From: Tubiluchus corallicola
Lineage: Eukaryota; Animalia; Priapulida
Length of the DNA: 64,000 nt
Direction of reading: 5' to 3'
Assembly (NCBI GenBank): GCA_030141605.1
Contig: JAQGDQ010000725.1
Coordinates: 22,115 to 86,114 of the forward strand
How positions within the stretch are numbered: the stretch's first letter is position 1; every line of letters begins with the position of its first letter. A model generated the notes under the pieces. That model ran no database searches and had not been told where the DNA came from. It worked only from the letters and a program-made list of their open reading frames with translations. A program made the position numbers and the translations under genes. Of the stretch, positions 40,890-55,299 are shown in pieces.

Positions 40890-41090
40890 GTTTAAGTGAT
40901 AACAGTAAAATGAACCAAGAATGTTGACTGACTTGTTCCTTCCTTTAGCACACCACAAACAGTTTAAGTGATAACAGTAAAATAAACCCAACATACTGAG
41001 TGATTTGTTCTTTCATTTAGCACACCACAAACAGTTTAAGTGATAACAGTAAAATAAACCCAACATTGAGTGATTTGTTCTTTCCTTTAA
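40890..41090. repeat. 72-bp tandem triplication of a family C MITE terminus
   Basis: GTTTAAGTGATAACAGTAAAAT at 40890, 40962 and 41034. Confidence 0.85.
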
Positions 41091-41567
41091 TATGTAAATT
41101 ACACATTTCAAATTGCCAAATTGTTGCAATGTAGATCTATCTTATACAAACAATGTTAACAGCGCTCAGGTATTTGTACTCGTGTGTACTTGCGTAGAGT
41201 GTCGGTACACATATCTTTCCGTTTTTTTATTAGTCGATACGCGATTGACACGTTAATCGAAGAATCAATGTCGGCACGCCGCTATAAAGTAAAGTGTTAC
41301 GTTTTGAGTTCACACTGGATAAGTTATATCAGCAAAAGCTAATCACCAATCCACCTGACGGCTTCAGCTTTCAAAATTATGATTAGATTAAAGGTGCCGC
41401 TTTGACGAGAGTACACAGGTGAGTACTGTACATTGATTTTCATTAAACACAAGCCTTATTTGCACCTGCATGTGTGAGCCGTGTTTTAACTGATAATGAA
41501 AAACAGTAAATTGGCCATCAGACTGTAACAGTTGCAGTTTCATAAAGCGAGATTTATAACCGTTCAT

Positions 41568-41591
41568 GTTATTATTATTATTATTATAATG

Positions 41592-41643
<52 letters not shown>

Positions 41644-41781
41644 GTAATAATGATAATAATAACAATAACAATAACAACAACAACAATAATAACAACAACA
41701 ACAACAACAACAACCACAATAACAACAACAACAACAATAGTAATAATAATAATAATAATAATAATTATTATTATTATTATA
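41568..41781. repeat. (AAT/AAC)n microsatellite
   Basis: Directly visible. Confidence 0.95.
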
Positions 41782-42308
41782 AAAATCAGTTTAAGTTGTT
41801 ATAGCAATTTTCAGTTTTTAGCTGTTATCACAAATCGGTATTTTATTTACGTATTTAATTATCAATGAAATTATCAGAATTTGTCAACTTTTTTAAATGG
41901 AACTAACTGGGTTGCAATTTTTCGTTTTGTACTACAAACACCTTCCACTGTTAATATTTACATGTTAAATTTACTGTTAAAATAGACACACAGTGGTCAG
42001 TCATATTTATTTCATTTATTTTTTGTGACTAGTAATTCTAAATCTTTCAGTGTGTCGATATAAAGTTTACCCACGTGTACAAGTGCAATTGCTCAGTTTA
42101 TATCGGCCTATATGCATATTTGAAGACTTACTTAACTGAAACCTTCCACAATTTTACTAAAATGAAACTTCGCTTGTGTAATAGCACCTTTGTCTTTCTA
42201 AGACAGTTAGCATCTAAGCCTGTATATTCATTGACTAAAATGCCCATCAAATGTTATTAAATTTGATAATTTTATCAAATCAAATTAATTTAATTTGGCA
42301 AGTTGTTT

Positions 42309-42695
42309 TATAGGTTTTACACGTCAAATATAGACCTGTGTTAACTCAAATGTAGACTTCGGTAGTTCAAATGTGTTAACAATGGTTTTCAACAAATCTT
42401 AAGCGCTTTTTGTAAGTCAAATTTAAACACATGTCAAGTCAAATGTGATATATAAAAATTGATGCTGCCGATAGCACCATGACCATAAAATATAATTTTA
42501 ACTTGGTTTATCTTTTTTGTAATTTGAGCTTAAATAAGCTAATTACCGATTTATTCAAAGTAATGCATCTACATTTTCTTTCCTAATTCACATTTGAGTT
42601 ACCAAAACACATTCGAAATTCTCCTGTCTACATTTGACTTACCTAAGTCACATTTGAACTTTCTTGTGTCTAAATTTGATGTGTAAAAGCTATAG
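42309..42695. mobile_element. Old MITE-like element with degenerate ~65-bp TIRs
   Basis: TATAGGTTTTACACGTCAAATATAGAC / GTCTAAATTTGATGTGTAAAAGCTATA, with repeated TCAAATGT / ACATTTGA motifs. Confidence 0.55.
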
Positions 42696-45600
42696 CTACT
42701 TTTTATATGCAACAAACAAATGAGTAACAATGGAGTCTCCACTTCAAACAATGCGTACAACAATGTAGTAACAGTAATACGTAGACGTTTATTAAATAAG
42801 ATTTACACGAATTGCACATCGTTATTGTACATACACACACACGAGAAAAAAAACTAGAATTTTTAGTCAGATGTGCTGACTTGGCTTTACTGCTGTTTCT
42901 CCATTATGAAGTACATCATTTACACAACGGAAGTACTATAATATAATCCCTGTTACAGTTAATAATAATAACAACATATCTGTCTGCTCTGAGTTACGGT
43001 AACTAGAACAGAAACAGTAGATGACACAAGTCTTTTTATAGTTGATTGTTTAGTTTCTAAACTATTCCTGAAGAAATTATTTTAAACCAAAATGGGGACA
43101 TTATAATCAAAATAACTTCAAATGAAATCAAATGCATTAATCTTTTAATTCACGCTGCTATATAATCGTAATCTCTTTGATATTTTACTCTTCAAAATAA
43201 GTTTCCATTTTGTATTTGACGTTTATCTTATGTTCGAAATAATTATTTAGATAAAATTTATGAAGCCTATTAAGTAGTTCGATAATCACTGCAAGTGAAA
43301 TTTTACTATACAGTTTCATTTCACAAGGTTGTGCAGTTTTTATTAATTAATTAATTAAAATGTTTGGAGAAACATTCATGTGTATGGAGAAAAAGGTGAA
43401 ATTTAATAAACAGGTAAAAAATTTCTGTTCCAAATTATGAGTTCAGCGTTTTTGTTGCCACTGTAAATAACATTTAAATAATATTAAAATACGGTTAAAC
43501 GAAACATTTCAAAGCGTTCCACAAACACAAAATTTACAACATCATAGACAATCTTCCACTTTGATATCCTGGTTTCTTCGCTGAGTATTCCTATATTAAT
43601 TACCGTTTTTCTACATTTGCTAATAACCTCTTATTCATTAAACTATTATTATAGTGAGTAATCGCGCCATTTATATACAAGAACAAAACATTATTTTACA
43701 AACGCATTTCAAACAATGTTACACAATATTCATGAACAATTATAATTGTTACCTAAAAGTCACAAAAACTGTTTACTGTACACGTGGTATTATTATGCAT
43801 TTTCGTAGCTAACACTGTTCATTTACACGGTAATAATAATATTTGTTCATTTTCGTTTGATTGAAGCTCACGCTGTCTTTAAACACGCTTGTCACTCGGC
43901 AAGAACGAAATTACATAATAACGTATATATATATATATATATAATCAATTTTACAAATGTTATTATGCTTATTGTAATGTGCTCTGAGAACGTTAAAAAA
44001 TACATATGGGGGTTTTTAAACTTATTTTGAACAACACAGTTTATCAAAGCTAGCAGAGTTTGGTAAAATTTTCCAAATTCTATAAGCTCAATTTTTTATA
44101 ATGCTATTTAAAATTACCTAGAACGATTTGAATGTCTACTACAAACGAAATAGACGTAATCAAACAGTGGTTAAAATTAACCGAAAAAGCTTAAAATTCT
44201 TTTTAGTGGCAAAAAAGGAAAATCAGTAACACACTGCGATAGGGATAACTTTTTAAAGTTAGATAAATTTATGGTACGCATGTACAGGTACAAAAGAATT
44301 CATCTAGAAAAGAATTTATCTAGAAAAGAATTTATCTATCTTTTGTACAGATACAAAAAAATTTATCAGAAATATTCTCAGAAAAACGCAAAAACCAGAC
44401 GTGCTGAACCGATCAAGACGATTTCACCCTCAGTGGTAGTAATACCATATGCTTGCTGTAGTGAAAACGTCTTACCAGTCATCATGCCACTGGCTTGACT
44501 GGTTAAAAATACCTGGTTTTATACTTTTGCTTTGTTCTATTTTTACCGAAAAGCTGCTTCAGTTGTGATCTTTGATAAGCTGCTTATTCATTTAAAATTT
44601 AAACTTAACAAACCGAGTGATTGCTGGTTTACATATGCGTTAGTGACCTTGTTCGGATTTTCAGAACGCTGAAGTGATGCAAAATACTACAACACTTAGG
44701 AAAAAACTAATTGAATTGAACTTGCATTTTTAAAACCCAATATATGCCCACGTGATCATTCGAAAAATCATTTACAAATAATTATAGCTTTATAACAAAT
44801 TTTAATTTAAAAAATGAACAATAATTAAACTATTTCTTCGTCATTTGAAACACAGAAAGCTTACAAACAGTTATTTGTGCAGCCACAAACCCACAAGGTC
44901 TTACATTGTATTGAAATAAATCCCATATTTTGATGAAAATATTAAAGGATAAGCACGCGGGTCTTTTTATAATCACGGAATGCAATTTTCGCGGGATTAC
45001 GACTAATGGATTGTTTGAATTGACAACATTACTCATTGAAGCTTTGGAATTTCTCAGTAGTTGCTAGATTATCAATATAGTAGTCACCGTTTCAACACAA
45101 AAGTGAAGGTATTGAGCCTGTTAATTCACGTGTACCACTATTCTGAAATATATAAGCTTGCTAAAAACAAATAAGTACGTAAGTTCTTTAATTAAATTGC
45201 TGTAAAGATCTTTCAGCCTGTCAGACAAAATGAGCTCCATTTTATCTCTAAAACTCGGTGATGGAAAATAAAGCAAACAAGAAGCCATAGATATCTCATC
45301 ACTATGATTAACTATAACCATAGATACGTCGAAATTTACCAAGAGGATTTGATATAATTTACCTTAAATCGTTACACAACCTCATCGATGTGTGCAATTT
45401 AAAAAAGGCAAAAATTGCTTAAAAAATTGGGTATGAAAATCTGACCATTTTTGGCCCCGTTATTTAATTTATTTTTATCGAGTTTTGAAATGGTAAATTT
45501 CAAAAATGAATTCATGATAATTCATTAGTAATTAATCATAATATGCAGTATCATTTCTGGCTCCAAATATGTGAGAATAGCAGCGTTTTAGTTTCTGTGT

Positions 45601-46447
45601 TTAAGCAGGCTTTAACATTAGACGAAAGGTCTGTAAATCACAAACTATATTCAACTAATGAAAAAAGCTATCCAAAAATTTCCTTTTTTCTGTCAAGCTA
45701 TATTTTGGATAATTTTTACCTGAGTTAACAGTCTGTGTCACCTTTTCAACTACTGTTTTATTGTGTCATCATCGTTATCTTTATGACTCTGCACATCTGC
45801 CGCTTCTGAACACAGGTAACAGAAACTGACTTTCGGGTAGCAGAAGCTGACCATTCATGTAGCAGAAACTGACCGCTCAGATAGCAGAAACTGACCATTC
45901 TGGGTTACCATCGTCTCGGCAACAGAAAGTAATAACTTTGCGGTAATTGCAGTACATCTTCCGTTTGCTACAAGTAGGATCGTGTCCACGTAAGATGGAT
46001 GACATAGACAATGTGCTATAATCCCCAAGTTGTACAGGAAGGTAGCCAACACGGTACGACACGAAGATAACACTAGCACGCGTCGTCTATCTCAATTACC
46101 CATAAATGATTATATTCATTTGTCGCCAACACTGACACACTGGTTTTAATTTACAACATCGAATCGGACGATAAGTCTAGCACAGTGACACATCTACTGC
46201 ACGAGCAGTGTCCGAATCAGGCCCTATATTTACAGGAAAGTCAGCCAAGCTGGATGTACCATCACATCCAATCAAAACTGGTAATAAATAAATAAACTTA
46301 CGTTTACATACATGAAATAAGTACAGATATACACATCATTTTAATCACAAGTTGATTTAAACTCAATATGTACACGAATCGACGATTGAGCAAGAATAAA
46401 CGACACTGCATTCTGGGATAGACAAGTGCATTGTGTGATACAATGGT

Positions 46448-46815
46448 CTAAGTCAATATGGCGTACTCGGGAGAGTTTTGATCGCTGACCGTCGGGCCTA
46501 TGTGATTGTTTATTTGTTTACTTGACTGGGGTGAGATATTTGTTTGTTGGTTTGACGAGGAACCCCCACTCGCAATGTTCCGATTGCTCACGTTTTTCGT
46601 GTTGGGAAGTTTGTTGTCCTTTTTCCACTTCATTCGTCGATTTTGAAACCAGATTTTGATTTGTCGCTCAGACAAGCATAGCGAGTGGGCGATCTCTATT
46701 CGTCTCCTTCTAGTCAAGTACCGGTTAAAGTGAAATTCTTTTTCCAGTTCCAGCACCTGGTGTCGGGTATAGGCAGTTCTGGCTCGTTTCGTCTCTCCTC
46801 CGTATCCTGCCGGAG
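46448..46815 (-). CDS. Hox4: Hox paralogy group 4 (Deformed-like) homeobox, terminal coding exon
   Basis: [65 protein letters not shown] followed by the PG4-diagnostic KLPNTK; polypyrimidine tract plus CAG acceptor at 46816-46840 (phase 1); TAG stop at 46448-50. Confidence 0.95.
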
Positions 46816-47311
46816 CTGAAAGAGAAAAAAATTGAAAAATCAAGTTTCCTGTTTCACCAATTTAGCTTTCCTTTGTTACGATGCAAGCAGATCTTCGTCT
46901 AGTGAACTTTAGGAACCTTTTAATAGAAAAAAGGCGTTTAGAGACCTTGGACTTTCCTCTAATACTGGACCGAAATATTGGAATTCTTTGCATCAAAACC
47001 TTAGAATTGTTTCTACAGTATAACTTTTGAAAAATGTTTGAAGATACGTCTCTTTAAAAACTGTTATGATCAATTTTAACTGTTCTAGACATCAATAACG
47101 ACCTATTTCTTTACTATAATTTCTTTGCTGTACGTGATTAACTTGTATGTCTTGTACAAAATTTTTAAATAATTTTATTAGTCTTATATTTTCTTAATTG
47201 TGCTACTGTCACTATGATGTATTACTGTGCAGCGCCATTGAAATCACCCTCCAGTTTGTGTACTTCTTTGTCATTTATGGTAAAGCTTGAAGCTTATTCC
47301 TCTATGTAAGA

Positions 47312-47589
47312 TGTATGTATGTTAGTGTGTGTGTATGTATGTACGTATGTGTGTATGTGTGTATGTATGTATGTATGTATGTATGTATGTATGTATGTGT
47401 GTGTGTATGTATGTATGTATGTATGTATGTATGTATGTATGTATGTATGTATGTATGTATGTATGTATGTATGTATGTATGTATGTATGTATGTATGTAT
47501 GTATGTATGTATGTATGTATGTATGTATGTATGTATGTATGTATGTATGTATGGTTGTATGTATGTGTGCGTGCGTGCGTGGTGCGTGA

Positions 47590-47620
<31 letters not shown>
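47312..47620. repeat. (TATG)n/(TG)n microsatellite in the Hox4 intron
   Basis: Directly visible. Confidence 0.97.
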
Positions 47621-47621
<1 letters not shown>

Positions 47622-47974
47622 TAATTTGTATATTATTCTCCCGTGCTTGTAATAGTTGGCATGTATAACTTCGAATTACTCCGTGTACATAGATAACACA
47701 AGCACTAGGCATAGGTACACTGTAATAATTTACCCCCATGTTTATATTACTAATTTATTATTCTCGCACGCGTGTGCGTGGCCATTTGTACAATAATTAT
47801 GTTGTCCAGCGAGACGCGGAAAGACTAATTGTTTAAACGCGATTTACGACCAAGCGTAGCAACAGAACAAGTCGACACCTTTTCTGTCCATATCACACAT
47901 ACCGGGCGATACCTCATTACTAAGGAGGGGCAGGCAGTACGATTACAATTTGCGCCACGTTCATAAAGCACAAG

Positions 47975-48444
47975 AAAACCCTCCACTTACATAAACCTTG
48001 AAAAATTCGTTTTGAAATTTTATACCACTTATATAATGCCTTTTTGCAAACAGGGCTTGCGTCAGCAGTAACGCCGTATAAAAGTGGTAAATTTAAGCTA
48101 CCGCGATGACCGTCAGGCGCAGTCATTTTAATGGCAGGTCGTTTGAAACAGGTTTAGATAACACTGCGTTTGAAAAAAAAAATAATCAGAGCATTCGTAG
48201 CACACATGTTTCTAACTAAATAAAATTGTAAGTTGCTGTATCTTGTCAATAAGTTTAAAAATACGATTTTGTTAGTGAGTGGCGCACTCTGACTGGTGAC
48301 CCAGCGATAAGTTATATAGATTTCCATGGAAAGTTTTTGGGACATAATTTTACATTTCCTTTTCTGCATGAAATTGCTATAAAGTAATTGAATTTTTAAG
48401 ACGATTTTTCTGAAAGCTACTTCGGGTACCCCTTTTCTTCTCCT
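47975..48444 (+). mobile_element. MITE family B copy
   Basis: AAGCACAAGAAAA ... TTTTCTTCTCCT|TTAA; colinear with 18210-18878 apart from a deletion. Confidence 0.75.
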
Positions 48445-49485
48445 TTAAATACGACTGATTGTAAGGACAGTCTAAAATTCTGTTAGCCAAGTTTGGGTGG
48501 GATGTTTAAAATTCATGTAAATTTATAAGCCTTAAACAACTTACATATTTGTTTTGTTGACTAACTTATTTGCTAGTGTGATCGTTTGTGTGTTTGTTTG
48601 TCTGTATGTATGCGTGTATGTTTGTTTGCATGTTTGTCTATCTGTGTGTTTGCTGGTCTGTCTCTTTGTTTGTTTGCTTGTTTGTACGTATGTTTGTTTG
48701 TGTCTGTTTGTTCGTTTTTGTCAATTTGTTTGTTTTTTGACTTATTTCATGTAACCTAAGCAATGATACAAATGCACAATGAGTGAAATGGTTAAAACGT
48801 TTGCAACATAATTAATTTAATTTATTATTTAATACGAACTCAGACGGCGCACAATACGCATTAGTAAACGGATACAGTGTGAACGTAGAAAATAACATGT
48901 ACAGATGCAGTACATTGCAAGCGCAAATTTTGGGTGACAATGAGAAGATTACAAACATATAACAATTACACAATTGCACAATAATACAATTATTCAAACA
49001 CAAGCAAATAGTTTAACTGCAAGTAAGTAACCTTCGAACTCCTCATGCTATAATTAATAAATTATAATTACAAAATACGTACAACATATTACATAAACAA
49101 ATTAGTACGGAAAAACGAGTTGTCTATAGACATAGAACATTTATTTTCTCCAATACTGTTTCACAGCAAAGTTTGTTAAATATAAAATAATTGTAATCAT
49201 GGAGCAGGACAGGGAGAGGTACCAAAGGGACATCTAGTCTCCTGCCCTTTCTAATACATAGATTGGTGTACGGTGATGCTGCAGATAACAAACACAGAGG
49301 TAGTAAAAAGGCAATTATAACTGTAATAGATGAGACATAATTTGAGACCAGTGGTTAAAATGCAATGAAGTTAAATGTATACAGAGCCTAAGCACAATGA
49401 AAAATAACAATAAAGTGACTGAATAACAATAAAGTGACTGAATAACAATGAAGTGACTGAATAATAAGGAGTGAGTTTTGCTTAA

Positions 49486-50073
49486 AGCAAAGCCAAACCC
49501 AATCTTAAACTGCAGGCCAAAACAGCCAGTTTTTTGAACTATTGAAAGGAAACATACTATTTTTCAAGAATGACTTACGTGAAAGAATTATTACCACACA
49601 AACACAATTTCACGTTCGCGTCGCTAGTTCTTTGCCGTTACGTGCATTCGCCATTCGCTAGTTACTAGCGCCTGCAGTTCGGAAAAGCAAAAAAAACAGG
49701 CACTGTACCTCTCAGTTCAGATGTGTTTGTTTGTGACGAATTACGCACGTTCGATAGCTCATGCGTGAGTATAGCGGTAAATTTAAAATTTGAATTTTTA
49801 TCTTAAAACTTACCTAGTTTTTGCTACTGAATATCTTACTGTACTTCAATTTTCGCTTTCGCAAACACCTGCAACACGCTGATGGAATATTTTTGCTGTT
49901 GAAAATTATGCTAATTTGTGACGTCATCAATAGTTGGCTCACCGCCGTTAATTAAGATCTTAATCTATTATTTAATTATCAGAAACGCTTTTGTAGTATT
50001 AATTGTGTTAAAATGTATACTTTTTACCGAACTTGAAAATGGGATAGTATATGAAAAATCATCCTGTCTTCCT
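49486..50073 (-). mobile_element. MITE family A copy
   Basis: TTAA at 49482-85 and 50074-77; reverse-complement homology to 5618-6264. Confidence 0.8.
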
Positions 50074-50454
50074 TTAATAGTTTCCCAACATCATCCCAAA
50101 ACTGCTAGATGCATTTAGGGGCAAGCAACAGCTTTACGAAATTAGGGTTTTGCGATACTCGAAAAAAGCTAAACTCAAAAACTAATAATCTATCTCGAAG
50201 ATCATTACAGAGTTCACACGAATAACCTTTGATTGCTCAAAATTGGTCGTGGAGTGGAGAACATATACATACATTTTGCCAAGACAAAACTGGCATTGCT
50301 ATAAAAAGCGCAGTTTTACAGCAAATTAATTTAATTAACCGAAGAAGTGATTAGCTTGATACTCGTGTATTTAAAACGAGAAACTGGCAAATTTAAATAG
50401 AGTAAATTTAAATAATGTAATATTTGCAAAGAATCTATATATTAATATTCTTTG

Positions 50455-50730
50455 TATATTTATATATATATTTATATATATATATATATATATATAAGAT
50501 TCGAGGCTACAGCCCAGACGACGGCACCATTTGCGGCGATCTATACATCAAGCGAAAGGTCTCGATCTAGTGTCGTGCCATTGGGGGTTTATTTTTCGAA
50601 TGGGGCCCAACGGGAGGAACGGGGGGGGGCGAAAATCCTCCAGAAATGGCCATTTTTCGGCCGTTTTTTGCAAAACTTATACCTCTTATTTCTGAAGAAC
50701 TGGAACGGGCCATAGGTGGTGCTGGTAAAG
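50455..50730 (+). mobile_element. Second copy of the (TA)n-associated repeat at 14060-14415
   Basis: Shared GAAAGGTCT..AT.T.GTGTCGT..CATTGGG and CTTATACCTCTTATTTCTGAAGAAC. Confidence 0.55.
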
Positions 50731-50735
50731 GAATT

Positions 50736-51771
50736 AATTGAGGTATACACGAGTAAACAATCGAGGTATACACGAATGAACAATCGAGGTATACACGAGT
50801 AAACATTTGAGGTATACACGAGTAAACAATCGAGGTATACACGAGTAAACAATCGAGGTATACATGAGTAAACAATTGATGTACACACGAGTAAACAATT
50901 GATGTACACACGAGTAAACAATCGAGGTATACACGAGTAAACAATCGAGGCATACTCAAGTAAACAATCGAGGTATACACGAGTAAACAATCGAGGTATA
51001 CACGAGTAAACAATCGAGGTATACACGAGTAAACAATTGATGTACACATGAGTAAGCAATCGAGGTATACACGAGTAAACAATCGAGGTATACATAGTAA
51101 ACAATCGAGGTATACACGAGTAAACAATTGAGGTATACACGAGTAAATAATCGAGGTATGCACAAGTAAACAATTGAGGTATACACGAGTAAACAATTGA
51201 GGTATACACGAGTAAACAATTGAGGTATACACGAGTAAACAATTGAGGTATACACGAGTAAACAACTGGGGTATACACGAGTAAACAATTGAGGTACACA
51301 CGAGTAAACAATTGATGTACACACGAGTAAACAATTGACGTATACGAGTAAACAATTGAGGTATACACGAGTAAACAATTGATGAACACACGAGTAAACA
51401 ATCGAGGTATACACGAGTAAACAATCGAGGTATACACGAGTAAACATTTGAGGTATACACGAGTAAACAATTGATGTACACACGAGTAAACAATCGAGGT
51501 ATACACGAGTAAACAATCGAGGTATACACGAGTAAACAATCGAGGTATACACGAGTAAACAATTGAGGTATACACGAGTAAATAATCGAGGTATACACAA
51601 GTAAACAATTGAGGTATACACGAGTAAACAATTGAGGTATACACGAGTAAACAATTGAGGTATATACGAGTAAACAATTGAGGTATACACGAGTAAACAA
51701 TTGAGGTACACACGAGTAAACAATTGATGTACACACGAGTAAACAATCGAGGTATACACGAGTAAACAATT
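50736..51771. repeat. 23-bp minisatellite (AATYGAGGTATACACGAGTAAAC), ~45 copies
   Basis: Direct repeats. Confidence 0.97.
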
Positions 51772-51889
51772 AATTAAAGCACTATGAACACAAATGGCTG
51801 CCAAAAAGGGAATTGATCTAATCTTGAATTTTTACAGGATTGCAGCAATTAGTATGGATTATAGGCATAACGTATTCAATGTAAACTTG

Positions 51890-52522
51890 AAGAAAGACAG
51901 GATGATTTTCACATACTACCCCATTACCAAGTACGATAAAAAGTATACGTTTTAACACAGTTAATACTGTAAAAGCGTTTCTGATAATTAAATAATAGAT
52001 TACAATTTTAATTAACGGCGAGCGAGTCCAACTATTGATGACATCACAAACTAACATAATTTTCAACAGCAAAAATATTCCACGAGCGTGTTGAACATGT
52101 TTGTGAAAGTGAATATTGAAGTACAGCGCTACTGTAAGATATTCAGTGTGTCGTACTAAAGCTAGGCAAGTTTTAAGATAAAAACTCAAATTTCAAATTT
52201 ACAGCTGTGGTCACGCATGAGCTTGCAAACGTGTACAGTTCGTTACAACTGAATTATCGTTGCATTACAAAGTAACACATTTGAACTGAGAGGTACAGCA
52301 CTTGTTTTTGTGCAGTGCGTTTCCGAAATGCAGGCGCCAGTCTAACCAGCGAATTGCAAAATGCATGTAACAGCGAGGAACTAGTGGCACGAACGTGAAA
52401 TTGTGTTTGTGTGGTAACAATTCTTTCACGTAAGTCATTTTTTAAAAAATAGTATGTTTCCTTTCAACATTTTAAAGAGCAGATTGTTTAATCTACAGTT
52501 TAAGATTGGTTCGGTTTACTTC
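51890..52522 (+). mobile_element. MITE family A copy
   Basis: Colinear with 5618-6264. Confidence 0.78.
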
Positions 52523-53118
52523 TCTCCCTCTCTTTCTCCTAAAATATTTATTTATTTATTTGTTTTTTTATTAGCGTAAAAGTATTTTAATTAAATTCAA
52601 ATTATGCAATTACAACGTTTCCTGTTTTGCCCAATTTTTTCCCGGACCCCGAAGCTGCTTATAGCGACGCCATGTGTTTTTAATATTTTTGCTGAGATTT
52701 CATCTTCTGCTTTACTGACGTATATCAACTTGTTGGATAATTCATTTTACTGCCGTTTTTAAGTTATTTCCTTTCATAGACTTGCAAACAAGTTGTCAGT
52801 AAGTCTGACGTCGTAAATATTTTAAAGACCTTGTGTTTTAAAGAAGACTAATGTCGCAGGTTCCCAACAGTTTTTCTTTATAAATGGATCAAACATTTCT
52901 TGCTCAACTTGCGTGTCGTTTGTCTTGCTGTTCATTTTTTTATCGTGTGGAACAATGTGTGCGAGCCTTGAGTTGGACTTGTGGGCCCCAGGGCTTGAAG
53001 GAAAGTGAACAGCTACGTTATTAATTGCTACTGAGCGCTGTGACGATTGTTTCTTTGTTTGACAAAGTTATTAACCAAGTTGGTGGTATTATATACTGAA
53101 GGAAACGGTGAACACATT

Positions 53119-53470
<352 letters not shown>

Positions 53471-53649
53471 TGATAGTGCAGGAGAAAAGAGAACGAGAAG
53501 AGGGAAGTACAGAAAGACAAAAGTGGTTTAATGTCTTTGTGTCACCTATTGCCTAGTGTTTGTGTTGCAAAAACAGTCTGTAATTACGTTTCGCAACCAC
53601 GAAATATCAAGATTACCTACGAAAGGCTTGCTAAATAAACAAATTACAC

Positions 53650-54810
53650 CTGAGGGAAAAAACATGTTCATAAGTAAAGCTTAAAAAATTCGTTCTGAAG
53701 TTTTGTACCTCTTATATGCTGTCTTATTGTATACAGAGCTTATGTTAGCAGTAGTATTGTATAAAACTTGTAAATTTAAATTCCAGCGATGACCGTCAGG
53801 CACAGCCATTTTAACGGTAAATCCTTTGAAACAACTTTGGATAACAATGCGTCAAGTTTGAGAAAATAATCAGAGTATTCGTAGCGCACGTGTTACTAAC
53901 TAAGCAAAAGCGTAAATTACCTATTTACCTTGCCAGAAAGATCAATAATATTATGTTCTTGGTATTGTTAAAATATTATATTGTTAATAAAGTCAACAAT
54001 GTGTTTTTTGGTGAAAAGTGGTGCACACTGGGATAGCGATGCAGTGACCTTTTCCAGCAATAAGCTGGTGATGCTGGCTTGTACCAGGTGATATTAAGAA
54101 TATAATAAATATATGATAAAATATTAAGAATTTTCTTTTCTCTGTGACCTTTTCTCTAAAGGCTGTAAAGATAATAACGGTCATCCAATATTGCCGAATT
54201 GTAACTGTGGATTTCGATTTGAGTCTGTTGAACACTTTTCGTTGCACTGCCCATTGTATCAACAAACTGGGGTTGTTGTGTTTGATAAATTAAATGAAAT
54301 ACTTCTGCCCGAAAACCTTAATATAGCTGCCTTAGGAACTAATGATCTGTTGAAGTTATTATTATTCGGAAAAGATGAATTTAACTATGTTGCTAACTGT
54401 AAAATATTACAATGCATACATGACTTTATATTACGTACTAAACGCTTCCAATAGTTTCTATCTGATATAAAATGCATCAGTCTTAAATATTCGTACATTA
54501 ATATTTTCTAACCGTCATTTTCTACTAATGTCTAATGTAATCATGCAGTAAAACTTGTCAGCTTGTGTAGTTATAGTCTGTTCTTACTGTAAATGTTTTT
54601 GTAAATAGTGTATAAAGTCTGTTGTGGTGAGGATCCTAAATCATGTTGTTCAAACTGTCTGATCCAATCCTATAATAAATTATGTTTAAACTGAATTTTC
54701 TTTTCCAATTACATGAATCTTTAAAACAGATAAGTACAATGCTAGGCAATATTACTTTGTATGGAAAGTTCTTTGGGATACGCTTTAAAAATCCGCTTTC
54801 TTCTCCTTTA
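53650..54810 (+). mobile_element. MITE family B-related copy hosting a LINE insertion
   Basis: B blocks (AAAACTTGTAAATTTAAA, GCGATGACCGTCAGGC, GGTGCACACTGG) before the insertion and GGAAAGTTCTTTGGGA after it. Confidence 0.6.
54141..54692 (+). mobile_element. 5'-truncated CR1/L2-group LINE 3' end
   Basis: PNCNCGFRFESVEHFSLHCPLY...LLLFG...FILRTKRF; exact 13-bp TSD GAATTTTCTTTTC at 54128-40 and 54693-705. Confidence 0.88.
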
Positions 54811-55299
54811 ATTTTTTAAATAGATTTCAAATCTTAAAGCCATTTTACGATTATTTTTAAGTATTGTCAAAGTATTGACATTTTCTATGAATTTCAAAAA
54901 TATGGACACATGGTACATTTTGAAAATTTAACATCAAAAGGGGAAAGAGGGACTGGGGCAGGTATACAATTTCCCATTTCTATTATATTTAAGCTTTGGG
55001 ACAGGGACGGCGTCACTAATTTTTGACGTGCGCACCTCATGACTCATAAACGTAGGATGCGTGAAGTCCCAGTGATCCCACGGGTCTCGTCAGGGTCCCA
55101 GAGTAAACGTCGTCCCATATTTACCAGTGTTCAATGTTTAGCAACGATTACTTTTAATTTAGCTGATGTACATGACGAAATAGAACTCGAACGTAACAAA
55201 GGATTGTCATCATAAGATGAGACACCATGATAGGGTAAAATATAGAATGCATCGATTTCTAAACATGGCAAGTAGTGAGAGGAATTCTGTTTGATGACC

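Noticed and set aside
46816-46843. N-terminal MIFQFFSLS of the Hox ORF in the ORF track
   Set aside because: It is the translated polypyrimidine tract of the intron acceptor, not a real start
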